From positions 4,593-68,592 of the forward strand of contig JAVEXG010000004.1 in assembly GCA_034004115.1 (NCBI GenBank): a stretch of DNA of 64,000 bases. The letters run 5' to 3'. Source of the stretch: Bacteroidales bacterium (GTDB lineage: Bacteria > Bacteroidota > Bacteroidia > Bacteroidales > VadinHA17). The position numbers and the translations under genes were made by a program. This document shows, in pieces, positions 15,526-24,615 of the stretch (the first letter of the stretch is position 1; every line of letters starts with the position of its first letter). The notes beneath the pieces were generated by a model. It worked only from the letters and a program-made list of their open reading frames with translations, searched no databases and had not been told where the DNA came from.

Positions 15526-16548
15526 CTAAACCAGTGCCTTGTATTTCTTCATTATCTCCGAAGTTGACATCACAAAATCCATATACTGGGCATGGCGGTA
15601 TGGAAGGAGGTTGCCGGAGTTATTCCTCGAAAGTTTGCCCCTTACACTGTTGAGGTTACTATAGCCTTTTGAATCCATCCATTTTTCAATGTCGCCCAGG
15701 ATTGTCCCGATCACTTCAATCTGGTTGAGGTAAAGCGTGCTTACTACCTGTACGCAATCACTTCCTGCAAGCAGCATTTTAATGACGTCATCGCCCTTGA
15801 AGATCCCTGAACTGGCACAGATTGATGCCTTGATATTACCATTAAGAAGACCGGCAAACCTCATTGGCAGCCTCATGTCTTCAGGATGGCTCAGACTGTA
15901 GGGGAAGGTGTGTTTTTCAGCATGTATGTCAATGTCGGGCTGGAATAGCCTGTTGAACAGAACAAACCCGTCAGCTCCTGCCTTGTCCATTTCGGCAATC
16001 AGCTTCAGCGGATTTGTATAATATGGACTCAGCTTTACCGATACCGGGATGCCGACTGCTGATTTGACATCTTTTACTGTCCGGATGTGCTTCTTTTCCA
16101 CATCGTCCTTTCCCTCATCCATCTTCTCGGGACCGGTATAAAGGTTCAGCTCAATTGCATCAACGCCGGTTTCCTCAATCTTTTTTGCATATTCAATCCA
16201 GGTTTCAGACCTGACTGCGTTGAGGCTGGCAATTACCGGAATGCTGACAGCTTCCTTTGCCCGTTTAAGATTCCAGAGGTGCTCTTCGGGATATGTCAGA
16301 TCCGATTTCGAATTGGGGAACAGAGTGATCATCTCGGCATTTCTTTCCTCATATTCAGTACGCCTTTCAAACAACTCAAGATTTTCAGCCTGAATCTGTT
16401 CTTCAAAAAGCGATTTGTAAACAATGGCGGCAGCACCGGCTTTTTCAAGCCTCTTGAGGTTATCTGTATTTGTCACCATGTTGCTTGCGCCGGCAACGAC
16501 CGGATTCTTAAGTTCCAGTCCCATGTACTTTATTCGTAAATCAGCCAT
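15526..16548 (-). CDS. Dihydroorotate dehydrogenase-like TIM-barrel flavoprotein (paralog, probably not PyrD)
   Basis: 340 aa. LELKNPVVAGASNM, VDAIELNL and VSVKLSP resemble class-1 DHOD/DPD. Where the catalytic SCPN loop is expected, the sequence reads LYTGPE by eye alignment. Confidence 0.75.
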   Translation of the reverse strand: MADLRIKYMGLELKNPVVAGASNMVTNTDNLKRLEKAGAAAIVYKSLFEEQIQAENLELFERRTEYEERNAEMITLFPNSKSDLTYPEEHLWNLKRAKEAVSIPVIASLNAVRSETWIEYAKKIEETGVDAIELNLYTGPEKMDEGKDDVEKKHIRTVKDVKSAVGIPVSVKLSPYYTNPLKLIAEMDKAGADGFVLFNRLFQPDIDIHAEKHTFPYSLSHPEDMRLPMRFAGLLNGNIKASICASSGIFKGDDVIKMLLAGSDCVQVVSTLYLNQIEVIGTILGDIEKWMDSKGYSNLNSVRGKLSRNNSGNLLPYRHAQYMDFVMSTSEIMKKYKALV

Positions 16549-16712
16549 AACTAGGTATTTTGATTGTTAACTCCGTTAATTTCCGGGATTAATGAATTCC
16601 AAAACCGTTTCTGTCTTCCATATGGACAGTTTTCCTTTATTTAACAATCAAGGGGGAAGATTGTTCCCGAAATTGCATTTGAAATTAAGAGCACATTTCA
16701 GGATTCGGGTAT

Positions 16713-18158
16713 CTATAACCTGCGGAACGATTTCCCGAACAGAATGAAGACTGTAATTATCTCCAGCCTTCCAAGGATCATTATAAAGCAGAGAGCAATC
16801 TTGTTAATTGCTGGTAGCCCCGAAAAGTTGCTCATTGGGCCGACTGTGCCGAACCCCGGACCTATACCAGCCATGCATGTTGCAACCGAGCTTGCTGATG
16901 TGAGAGGATCGGCGCCATTCATGGCAATGAAAAGGGTGCCGGCAACAAATACGAAGATATACAGTAAGATAAATGAAAGAATTGAAATGTTTGTTTTTTC
17001 ATCGATTATCCTTCCATTCAGTTTCAGGGATGGAAAGATATTCGGATGAACCAGCCGGACGAAAGCATTCCTGACGTTTTTAATTACTATCAGATGCCTT
17101 GCCATTTTTATGCCGCCACTGGTTGATCCTGTACTTCCTCCGGAAAACATCAGTAAGAATATCAGGATCATCCCGGGCTGGGGCCACAGGATAAAGTCAT
17201 CATTGGCAAAACCCGTGCAGGTGATTATTGAAATAACCTGGAAATAACCTTCCCTGAATGCTTCTTCAGTATCCCTGGCAGTGTTTACAAGTAGTATTGA
17301 AAAGGCTATTGCTCCGGCAAAGATGACTATGGCCAGGTAAAACCAGAATTCCTCGTTATGCTTCACTTTCCTGAAGTTGCTTTTTACAAGGTAGTAGTAA
17401 ATGACCTGGCTGGTTCCTGCCAGAAACATGAACAGCATTACTATATACTGGCTGTAAGTCGAGAAGTACCCAATGCTGCTGTTTTTTGTTGAAAATCCGC
17501 CTGTTGCAATTGTCGCAAACGAATGGCAGACACTGTCAAACAGATTCATGTCGCCGATTGAAAGCAGAATGGTTTCAAGCGCCGTCAATCCGGCGTAAAT
17601 CATCATAACCCTGAGCGTGATTCCTTTTGCTTTCGGATGTATTTTCTCTTTAAGCGACGATTCCAGGCTGAACATCTGGTATCCGCTGACCTTTAATGAA
17701 GGAAGGATAAGTATCACAAGCAGGACTATTCCAAAACCTCCGATCCAGTGAGTAAGGCTTCGCCAGAACAGAATGGACCAGGGCAGAATCTCAACGTCTG
17801 TCAGTATTGAAGCTCCGGTTGTTGTGAATCCCGACGTGGATTCGAAAATTGCATCGACGAGCGATGGAATCGATTTGCTTATAATATAGGGAAGGGATCC
17901 GAAGAACGCGAATATCATCCAGGCAAGGGTAACAGTCAGGAATGAATCCCTTGATGTCATGCCTGCCGGATCAGCTTTCTTTGTATATATCCTGAGTAAA
18001 ACTGAAATGATGCCTGTAATGATTGCAGAACCATAAAAGGGAATAACCGGTTCGTCATAAATAAGAGCCACCGGAATACAAACCAGGAAAGCTGTTGTTC
18101 CGATAAGAAGAATTGTGCTTAAAACCCTGATAATTAGGACAGGGTGAATTAATTTCAT
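16713..18158 (-). CDS. trkH: TrkH/KtrB family potassium transporter
   Basis: 481 aa polytopic membrane protein with selectivity-filter-like repeats (SGFTTTGAS, IATGGFST, TCTGFAN, SGGSTGSTSGGIK). Confidence 0.9.
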   Translation of the reverse strand: MKLIHPVLIIRVLSTILLIGTTAFLVCIPVALIYDEPVIPFYGSAIITGIISVLLRIYTKKADPAGMTSRDSFLTVTLAWMIFAFFGSLPYIISKSIPSLVDAIFESTSGFTTTGASILTDVEILPWSILFWRSLTHWIGGFGIVLLVILILPSLKVSGYQMFSLESSLKEKIHPKAKGITLRVMMIYAGLTALETILLSIGDMNLFDSVCHSFATIATGGFSTKNSSIGYFSTYSQYIVMLFMFLAGTSQVIYYYLVKSNFRKVKHNEEFWFYLAIVIFAGAIAFSILLVNTARDTEEAFREGYFQVISIITCTGFANDDFILWPQPGMILIFLLMFSGGSTGSTSGGIKMARHLIVIKNVRNAFVRLVHPNIFPSLKLNGRIIDEKTNISILSFILLYIFVFVAGTLFIAMNGADPLTSASSVATCMAGIGPGFGTVGPMSNFSGLPAINKIALCFIMILGRLEIITVFILFGKSFRRL

Positions 18159-18270
18159 CTGAAATCCCCTTCATTTTACAGCCCCGCAAGTTACCTCCCT
18201 GTTTATAAGCGGATCGTAAAAAAATCCTCTTTGAACATAAAGATTTTATAAAGAAATAGGGGATTTTATG

Positions 18271-18954
18271 TCAGACACCGAACCTGTATCCGATACCTGA
18301 CTCGGTGATAAGCAATGTTGGAACTGACGGATTGTCTTCGATCTTTTTTCTCAGCTGGGCGATAAATACCCTCAGGTACTGGGTTTGTTCCAGATATCCG
18401 AATCCCCAGATCTCCTTGAGTATATGCTGATGTGTCAGCACTCGTCCCTTATTCCTGGCAAGCAGAGCAAGCAATGAAAACTCCGTCGAGGTTAGTTTTA
18501 TAATTGCACCATTCTTTCGGACGACATGGCTGATTGTGTCGATGCTTAACGAACCGGATTCGAGAACAGGGTTGTCTCCCTTTTCCTTGCTCAGCCTGAG
18601 AGCTGCCCGCATTCTGGCAACCAGTTCACCGCTTCTGAACGGCTTTGTCAGGTAATCATTTGCTCCGGAATCCAGAGCTTTTATGATGTCCTCCTCGGCA
18701 TCCCTTACCGTCAGAATAATAATCGGTTTTGAATACCACTCCCTGAATTTTGACAGCAGTTCAAGTCCATCAATATCAGGTAATCCAAGATCAAGCAGTA
18801 TAAGGGAAATGTTGTGAGTGGCAGCGGTAACAAGTCCCTCCTTTCCGCTTGCAGCAAAGCAGGTATTAAAACCGTTTGCTGTCAGTGTTATCTCTAAAAG
18901 CCGGCGTATCTGCACCTCATCATCGATTATCAGTACGTTTTCAGCCTGATTCAT
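18271..18954 (-). CDS. OmpR-family response regulator, KdpE-like
   Basis: 227 aa. Receiver domain (LIIDDE...LILLDLGLPDIDG...TKPF) plus a winged-helix output (LTSTEFSLLALLARNKGRVLTHQHIL...GYRF). It overlaps the kinase gene by 4 nt. Confidence 0.9.
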   Translation of the reverse strand: MNQAENVLIIDDEVQIRRLLEITLTANGFNTCFAASGKEGLVTAATHNISLILLDLGLPDIDGLELLSKFREWYSKPIIILTVRDAEEDIIKALDSGANDYLTKPFRSGELVARMRAALRLSKEKGDNPVLESGSLSIDTISHVVRKNGAIIKLTSTEFSLLALLARNKGRVLTHQHILKEIWGFGYLEQTQYLRVFIAQLRKKIEDNPSVPTLLITESGIGYRFGV

Positions 18955-20087
18955 GGTTGGTCATTGTTTATTTCTTCACTGAATGTTTCAGCCGGGATGC
19001 TGATTCTGAACATTGCTCCTCCGTCACTTCTGTTTTCGACGGTTATCATCCCCCTGTGCGCTTCAACGAATCCTTTTGCTATCGACAAGCCAAGCCCCGT
19101 TCCTCCGGGCTTCGACCCTCCGACCCTGTAAAACTTATTGAAGATTAAAGATATTTCATTTTCCGGGAATCCCGGACCCCTGTCCGTAATCTGAAGATTC
19201 AAAAGCCCGTCGGCATAAAAAGCGCTGATCCCGATTTCAGTCGATGGAGGAGCATACTGCGATGCATTGTGGACGAGGTTATACAGCACCTGTTCCATAA
19301 GTCCGAAATCGATTCTAACCGGAGGCATGTCTTCGGGTATGTTTACCTGTACCCTGAACCTGCTGAGTTCTTCTTTCAGATTTTCACATACTTCGTTGAC
19401 AAGGTCATGAACATCGTGCCAGTCGGGGCGGGGCTTGATCCGGCCGCCCTCCAGCCTCGACATGTTCAGCAGGTTTTCAATCAGACGGTTAAGCCTTTCA
19501 GATGCTTTCAGTATTTCATTCAGTAATTCAACCCTTATCGCTTCAGGATGCCCGGATGAAAGCAGGGAATCGGAAGCGCCCATGATTGTAGCCACCGGGA
19601 TCCTTAGTTCATGCGAGATTGAATTGAAAAGAGTTTTGTACAGCTTGTCCGATTCTTCAAGGAACTGAGCTTTATTGGCAGCTGCCGATAAATCCCTGTT
19701 AAGCTGGTAGAGAGCATTTGTGCGTTCCTCACGATCGCGGGCAAGCCTTTCCTGCTTCCGGACACGCGTTGTCAGAACACCGTTTATAAGCGCAATTATG
19801 AAAAACATTCCAAGCATCAGGATATCCTCGGTTCTTTCTATATGAATAGTATACCTCGGGGGAATGAAGAAAACATCCCAGATAAATGCGCTCAGTGACG
19901 CAGCAAGAAAAACCGGTCCTATCCCCAGAAATGTGGCAAGTATGGAAACCATGAACAGAAGGATCAACGATACCGACTGATATCCAAGATATTTTGCAAG
20001 AAAATAGCAAATTGCCGAGGTGGCGGCAATAGCTGCGACGGCCAGGGCGTACTGGCTGATCCCTGATTTGAAATTATTCTTTATCAT
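18951..20087 (-). CDS. Sensor histidine kinase, KdpD C-terminal-half-like (DUF4118 membrane domain + HisKA + HATPase)
   Basis: 378 aa. Four TM segments at the N-terminus, H-box FNSISHELRIPVATI, N/G boxes (LVHNASQYA, DRGPGF, GGTGLGLSIAKG). There is no N-terminal KdpD/Usp sensing domain. Confidence 0.88.
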   Translation of the reverse strand: MIKNNFKSGISQYALAVAAIAATSAICYFLAKYLGYQSVSLILLFMVSILATFLGIGPVFLAASLSAFIWDVFFIPPRYTIHIERTEDILMLGMFFIIALINGVLTTRVRKQERLARDREERTNALYQLNRDLSAAANKAQFLEESDKLYKTLFNSISHELRIPVATIMGASDSLLSSGHPEAIRVELLNEILKASERLNRLIENLLNMSRLEGGRIKPRPDWHDVHDLVNEVCENLKEELSRFRVQVNIPEDMPPVRIDFGLMEQVLYNLVHNASQYAPPSTEIGISAFYADGLLNLQITDRGPGFPENEISLIFNKFYRVGGSKPGGTGLGLSIAKGFVEAHRGMITVENRSDGGAMFRISIPAETFSEEINNDQP

Positions 20088-20292
20088 TTCATTTGAAGAA
20101 CTGTCTCAATACCGTAAACTGATCATTATGCATTAACGAATGTAGATCGTAATACCGGAATGGCAATATTATTTGCGGGAATTTTCAACCCTGTTAACAT
20201 ATCTGCTTGCTCAGATGATATATATCACTTCCGTTAACAGAAATATTAATGTATTGTTGATTGTCTATAGTGAGTAAATAATTCGAAAAGCC

Positions 20293-20961
20293 ATGAGAAG
20301 AAACTATTTGTTGTTTATAGGCATTGCGGTCATCCTTGTTTCGCTGTCCCTTCCAGCTTTTTCCCAGTCTCCAAAGAGTAATCCGGACCTTGATGAAAAG
20401 GTTCAGAAATTCCTCGACTCCCGGTCCCGGCAGTGGCGTGATATGAACGTCCCCGGTGTTGACGGCAAACTGCTCCACGACATCATTGTAAAAAACAACT
20501 ATAAAAGCGCCCTTGAGATCGGAACTTCAACCGGACATTCAGGTATCTGGATAGCGTGGGCTCTCAGCAAAACAGGAGGCAAACTGATAACAATCGATAT
20601 CGACGAAGGCCGTCACAAGGAAGCCCTTCAGAACTTTAAGGAAGCCGGGCTGTCCGATTACATCGATGCCCGCCTGGCCGATGCCCACGTCCTTGTAAAA
20701 CAGCTCAGGGGGCCATTCGATTTCGTTTTCAGCGATGCCGACAAGGACTGGTACAAGAACTATTTTATCGATGTAGACCCGAAGCTTAAGGCCGGAGGCT
20801 GCTTCACCGCACACAATATTTACGAAAGGTCATACGGCTACGGGAGCAGAGGCGGTCAGGGAGCCTTCCTTGATTACGTGAAGAGCCTGCCAAACTATGA
20901 AACGACAGTCAACAGCCAGGGTGGCGGAGTGTCGATAAGCTACAAGAAATCGGATAAGTAA
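20293..20961 (+). CDS. Class I SAM-dependent O-methyltransferase (family 3, caffeoyl-CoA OMT-like) with signal peptide
   Basis: 222 aa. Signal MRRNYLLFIGIAVILVSLSLPAFS. SAM motif ALEIGTSTGHSGIW, then FDFVFSDADKDWY. Confidence 0.85.
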   Translation: MRRNYLLFIGIAVILVSLSLPAFSQSPKSNPDLDEKVQKFLDSRSRQWRDMNVPGVDGKLLHDIIVKNNYKSALEIGTSTGHSGIWIAWALSKTGGKLITIDIDEGRHKEALQNFKEAGLSDYIDARLADAHVLVKQLRGPFDFVFSDADKDWYKNYFIDVDPKLKAGGCFTAHNIYERSYGYGSRGGQGAFLDYVKSLPNYETTVNSQGGGVSISYKKSDK

Positions 20962-20964
20962 GAC

Positions 20965-21050
20965 AAAAACATATCGTTTCAGGTAAAAAACTTGTCGAAT
21001 ATCATATGGTTTTTTATCGTTATTCGATAAAAATTCGTATGTTTTTTCAT
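20965..21050. repeat. Conserved ~85-bp intergenic element, copy 1 (paired with 56317-56405)
   Basis: A 33-nt perfect match (aaaaacatatcgtttcaggtaaaaaacttgtcga) plus about 80% identity over the rest. It contains the near-palindrome ttatcgt-tat-tcgataa (21014-21030). The minus strand carries a 23-codon mini-ORF (21050..20979, MKKHTNFYRITIKNHMIFDKFFT). Confidence 0.7.
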
Positions 21051-21210
21051 TGTTCTGACATGTTGTAATCATTATTCTGTCAGTTATCCGGAGTTTTCCT
21101 ACATTTGATTTGGAATAGAACGACTATTGGTAATTATGAATAAAATTATCAATTTTAATTTTTATACCCACATCCTTTCCGTCCCGATAGCTATCTGGAG
21201 TTATTGGCAT

Positions 21211-21270
21211 CCCCCAGGGGGTAGGAGCCGGCAAAGCTTTTCCCCCTTGGGGGAAACGGGAAAGGGGGTC
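21211..21270. repeat. C5/G5-hairpin intergenic repeat family, locus 2
   Basis: cccccagggggtaggagccggcaaagcttttcccccttgggggaaacgggaaagggggtc. It shares ggagccggcaa(a)gctttt and ttgggg(g)aaacgggaaagggggtc with 37293-37400. It lies 27 nt upstream of the GH43 start. Confidence 0.8.
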
Positions 21271-21296
21271 AAATTGAATAATAATACACCGGTAAA

Positions 21297-22313
21297 ATGA
21301 ACAGAAATCTCAGCTTAGTACTGCTCATCGCCTGCATCGGTTTGCTGACAGGTGAAGCTTCAGCCCAGAAGAACGTGATCCGTCCGGCGGAGGTATGGCC
21401 CGACACTGACGGTAACCATATTCAGGCCCATGGCGGAGGTATCATCCGGATTGGGAAGAAATACTACTGGTATGGCGAACAGAGACGTCAGGGACTCGAT
21501 CCGGAGTACAGGTATGTAAGCTGTTACTCCTCGAAAGACCTTGTCAACTGGAAATTCATGGGGGATGCCCTGAAGATGAAGGATCCCGACAGCATCGGCC
21601 GATCCTGGGTGCTTGAGCGTCCCAAGGTGTTTTACAATTCAAAAACCGGGAAATATGTAATGTACATGCATCTTGACGGACCGAGAGGCGGCGGATCGGG
21701 CTATCTCTACGCCCGGGTGGGAGTTGCTGTAAGTGACAAGCCCACAGGTCCGTTCGAATATTTAAGGTCGTTCAGGCCGCTGGGATTTGAGAGCCGCGAT
21801 ATCGGCCAGTTCATCGACGATGACGGTACAGCTTACCTGATCTTCGAAGACAGGCCAAACGGATTTCATATCGCCAGACTTTCAGAGGATTACCTCGACG
21901 TTGAAAAAGACATGTGCCTGCTGAAGGCTCCGATCGAGGGAGGCGCAATAGTCCATTACAGAGGTCTGTACTATGTGCTGGGTTCGGCGCTGACAGGATG
22001 GTCGCCCAATCCCAACAAGTATGCGACAGCTGAAAGCCTCGAGGGACCATGGAGCGAATTCCGCGATGTGGCTCCCCCTGAAACCAAAACCTATGGATCA
22101 CAGTCGACAATGCTGCTGAAGGTAGCCGGGAAGAAAGACACAACTGTCATTTTCATGGGGGACATGTGGAAACCAAAAACCCAGTGGGACTCGAGATATC
22201 TTTGGATGCCCGTTGAAATAGGCGATGGCAAACTCTGGCTTCCGGAGCCGAAACCGTGGACAATCAATGTAAAGACAGGAGAACATAGGGTGATTGAGAA
22301 AAAAGGAGAATGA
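21297..22313 (+). CDS. Glycoside hydrolase family 43 protein (secreted)
   Basis: 338 aa. Signal peptide, then WPDTDGNHIQAHGGGII..GKKYYWYGE, RPKVFYN, FIDDDGTAYLIFED, and the five-bladed propeller pattern of GH43. Confidence 0.85.
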   Translation: MNRNLSLVLLIACIGLLTGEASAQKNVIRPAEVWPDTDGNHIQAHGGGIIRIGKKYYWYGEQRRQGLDPEYRYVSCYSSKDLVNWKFMGDALKMKDPDSIGRSWVLERPKVFYNSKTGKYVMYMHLDGPRGGGSGYLYARVGVAVSDKPTGPFEYLRSFRPLGFESRDIGQFIDDDGTAYLIFEDRPNGFHIARLSEDYLDVEKDMCLLKAPIEGGAIVHYRGLYYVLGSALTGWSPNPNKYATAESLEGPWSEFRDVAPPETKTYGSQSTMLLKVAGKKDTTVIFMGDMWKPKTQWDSRYLWMPVEIGDGKLWLPEPKPWTINVKTGEHRVIEKKGE

Positions 22314-22361
22314 GAAGGGGAGAGGTGTGAGTTTTGAGGTGTGCCTCCATGGTTGAATGAA

Positions 22362-22382
22362 CCCCCTTTAGGGGGCAGGGGG
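22362..22382. repeat. C5/G5 hairpin (cccccTTTAgggggcaggggg) between convergent genes; possible bidirectional terminator
   Basis: The cccccttta-ggggg stem-loop is followed by caggggg. The same gggggcaggggg string occurs at 3941-3952. Confidence 0.5.
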
Positions 22383-22412
22383 TAAAAGATGTGGAGGTAA
22401 AGCCCCCCGCCA

Positions 22413-23210
22413 TTATTCCAGCCTGATCATCTCCGACGGTCTGTTCCTGTTCAATATCGTAATCTTCTGATTGCCGTTCAGGGAGATACCTTTCTCTGAA
22501 AGGGTCCGGTGCAGGGTATGAAGCACCTTATCGGGGGTGTTGTTGTTTATGCTCAGATGGGCCAGGCAGATTACCTTGAGGTCATCATTAATGATGTCAG
22601 CCAGGAATGACGATGCCTGATGATTCCCCAGATGACCGTGGTCGGACTTTATCCTTGATTTGAGAAAATACGGATACGGACCCCCGGCAAGCATTTCTTC
22701 ATCGTAGTTTGATTCTATTACAAGCAGGTTAGCAGACCTGATATATGGTGCCGACGTCTCACAGATGTGTCCCAGGTCGGTGGCTATTGTTATATTCCTG
22801 CCTTCGCGGGAAATACGATATCCTACCGTTTCGGGTGCATCGTGACAAACAGGAAAAGCCTCAATGTCAAAACCTGCAATGCTGAACCCGCTTCCCGCAG
22901 TTATCTCCCGGATACAGTCGGATGTGATCCGCGTACGGGGCGAAAGTATACTTCTCCAGACCGCAGCTGTGGTGAAAGCCGGAATCCCGTTCCTCCTTGT
23001 CAGAACCTCCAGTCCCTTTATGTGATCCGAGTGATTATGGGTTATCAGAATCCCCATGATGGTTTCAATCGGGATTCCCAGATCCCTGAGAAACTTCCTG
23101 ATTGATGTGGCCGATATGCCGGCATCAATAAGTATCCCCTGCGACCCGTTGCCCAGGTAGTAGCAATTGCCGCTCGATCCGCTGCTAAGACTGCAAAAAT
23201 TAATGTTCAT
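22413..23210 (-). CDS. MBL-fold metallo-hydrolase
   Basis: 265 aa. GSSGNCYYL, ILIDAG and the HxHxDH motif ITHNHSDHIKG. Confidence 0.88.
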   Translation of the reverse strand: MNINFCSLSSGSSGNCYYLGNGSQGILIDAGISATSIRKFLRDLGIPIETIMGILITHNHSDHIKGLEVLTRRNGIPAFTTAAVWRSILSPRTRITSDCIREITAGSGFSIAGFDIEAFPVCHDAPETVGYRISREGRNITIATDLGHICETSAPYIRSANLLVIESNYDEEMLAGGPYPYFLKSRIKSDHGHLGNHQASSFLADIINDDLKVICLAHLSINNNTPDKVLHTLHRTLSEKGISLNGNQKITILNRNRPSEMIRLE

Positions 23211-23282
23211 CAGGAATTAATTCGACGGAGCCAAAGGTAAAAAATAAATTTTCACCTTTCAGGGAATTTCAAAATCCGGGTG

Positions 23283-24398
23283 TTATTCCAGGAACCTGCA
23301 GGCAGGTATGAAGACTTTCTCAAAACCGGCATCAACTTCTGCAGACTTCCCGTTATCAAAGATCGGGAAGGGCTTCTCATGGGTATAATCGAACGGGAAA
23401 TCCTTTACCTCAACATGGAACCCGTCCCGCAGGGTTTCAAGAACTCCGACGGGAGGGACCACCTTGTCGCCGGTAAGCGCTATCGCAAACGTCCTGTCGC
23501 GGATCGCTGCAAGCGACTTTTCCCTTTGAAGCCTGAAACGCGCCGGGTCGAGCATTGAGCGGAAGGCCATTCCGAGAGGCCCCGAAACAATCCGCCCGAG
23601 AAGCGAACCTTTCCTCCCGATCTCTTTCTCGAAATCATCCCTGTAATAGCGGCAGGTATTTTCGAAAGCCAGTTTGTCCATTATATGCTTCGATTCAGGA
23701 TTCATCCTTCCGAAAACCGATCCCCCGCAAAACATGAAAAGCTTAGTGTCGGAAAAGAGCCCCCACGGATCAGCCATAAGCATTATCTCCGAAAGAAAAG
23801 CCCCGATTGAATAGGAAAAGATGTTTATTTTGTCTGTGGCCGGTACAACCGGATGACTGCCTTCCCTTATCTGACTTACCAGCCTTGCTATATCATTGAC
23901 AGTCTGGTACCCCGACCTTAAAAGTCTCCGGGGATCATCGGCAAGCCGTCTGCTTAAGGCATGATTGGCAAAGGAGGAATTCCTTATTTCTCCCATGGCC
24001 GGAATCCTTTCCCTGATCAGCCTGAGCATGGCCCGCGGATCCTTCCACGAAACCGGAGCCCTGTTTATGTGAAATGAGATGGGAAAAAGAATTACATAAC
24101 TGCCGGTTTCTGCAGCAAGGTAATAAGCCCATGCAAGATACTTGTCCCAGAATCTTTCATTCAGGCCGTGAAGCAGCAGAATGACCTTGTTTCCTTCTGA
24201 GCCCGGAACAAAAACCGGATATGAAAACTCGGTGTTCTCCTTTATCGACCAGTCTTCCCCGCTGAACTGATCACCCGGCATCCCGTCCGATACAAAGGCG
24301 GTGTTGATTATGCTTATTCCCGATCCGTTGATTGGGATTTCTCCGGCGCCCGGATCGAACAACGAGCCAAGGCTTGTCTGAAGTGCAGTGAATCCCAT
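23283..24398 (-). CDS. Alpha/beta-hydrolase-fold protein of unknown specificity
   Basis: 371 aa. VILLLHGLNE and a nucleophile-elbow-like FSYSIGAF. No closer family recognised. Confidence 0.7.
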   Translation of the reverse strand: MGFTALQTSLGSLFDPGAGEIPINGSGISIINTAFVSDGMPGDQFSGEDWSIKENTEFSYPVFVPGSEGNKVILLLHGLNERFWDKYLAWAYYLAAETGSYVILFPISFHINRAPVSWKDPRAMLRLIRERIPAMGEIRNSSFANHALSRRLADDPRRLLRSGYQTVNDIARLVSQIREGSHPVVPATDKINIFSYSIGAFLSEIMLMADPWGLFSDTKLFMFCGGSVFGRMNPESKHIMDKLAFENTCRYYRDDFEKEIGRKGSLLGRIVSGPLGMAFRSMLDPARFRLQREKSLAAIRDRTFAIALTGDKVVPPVGVLETLRDGFHVEVKDFPFDYTHEKPFPIFDNGKSAEVDAGFEKVFIPACRFLE

Positions 24399-24615
24399 GA
24401 GAACGCTTTTTAATTGTTTGACGGCTCAAAGGAATCCATAGCAATTGAAGCCGTCAAAAATATGTGCCGGCTGTCCCATGAGTGTGACTAAAATCAAAAG
24501 GGCGGGATGAAAATATCAAATGAGTGACGAAATCCGGTATGGATTCCGGAGCTCCAGGTGGGAAATTCGTTGAGAAAAATAAAAAGGTTACTTTTGCTGA
24601 AGAAAGAAAAATTCA

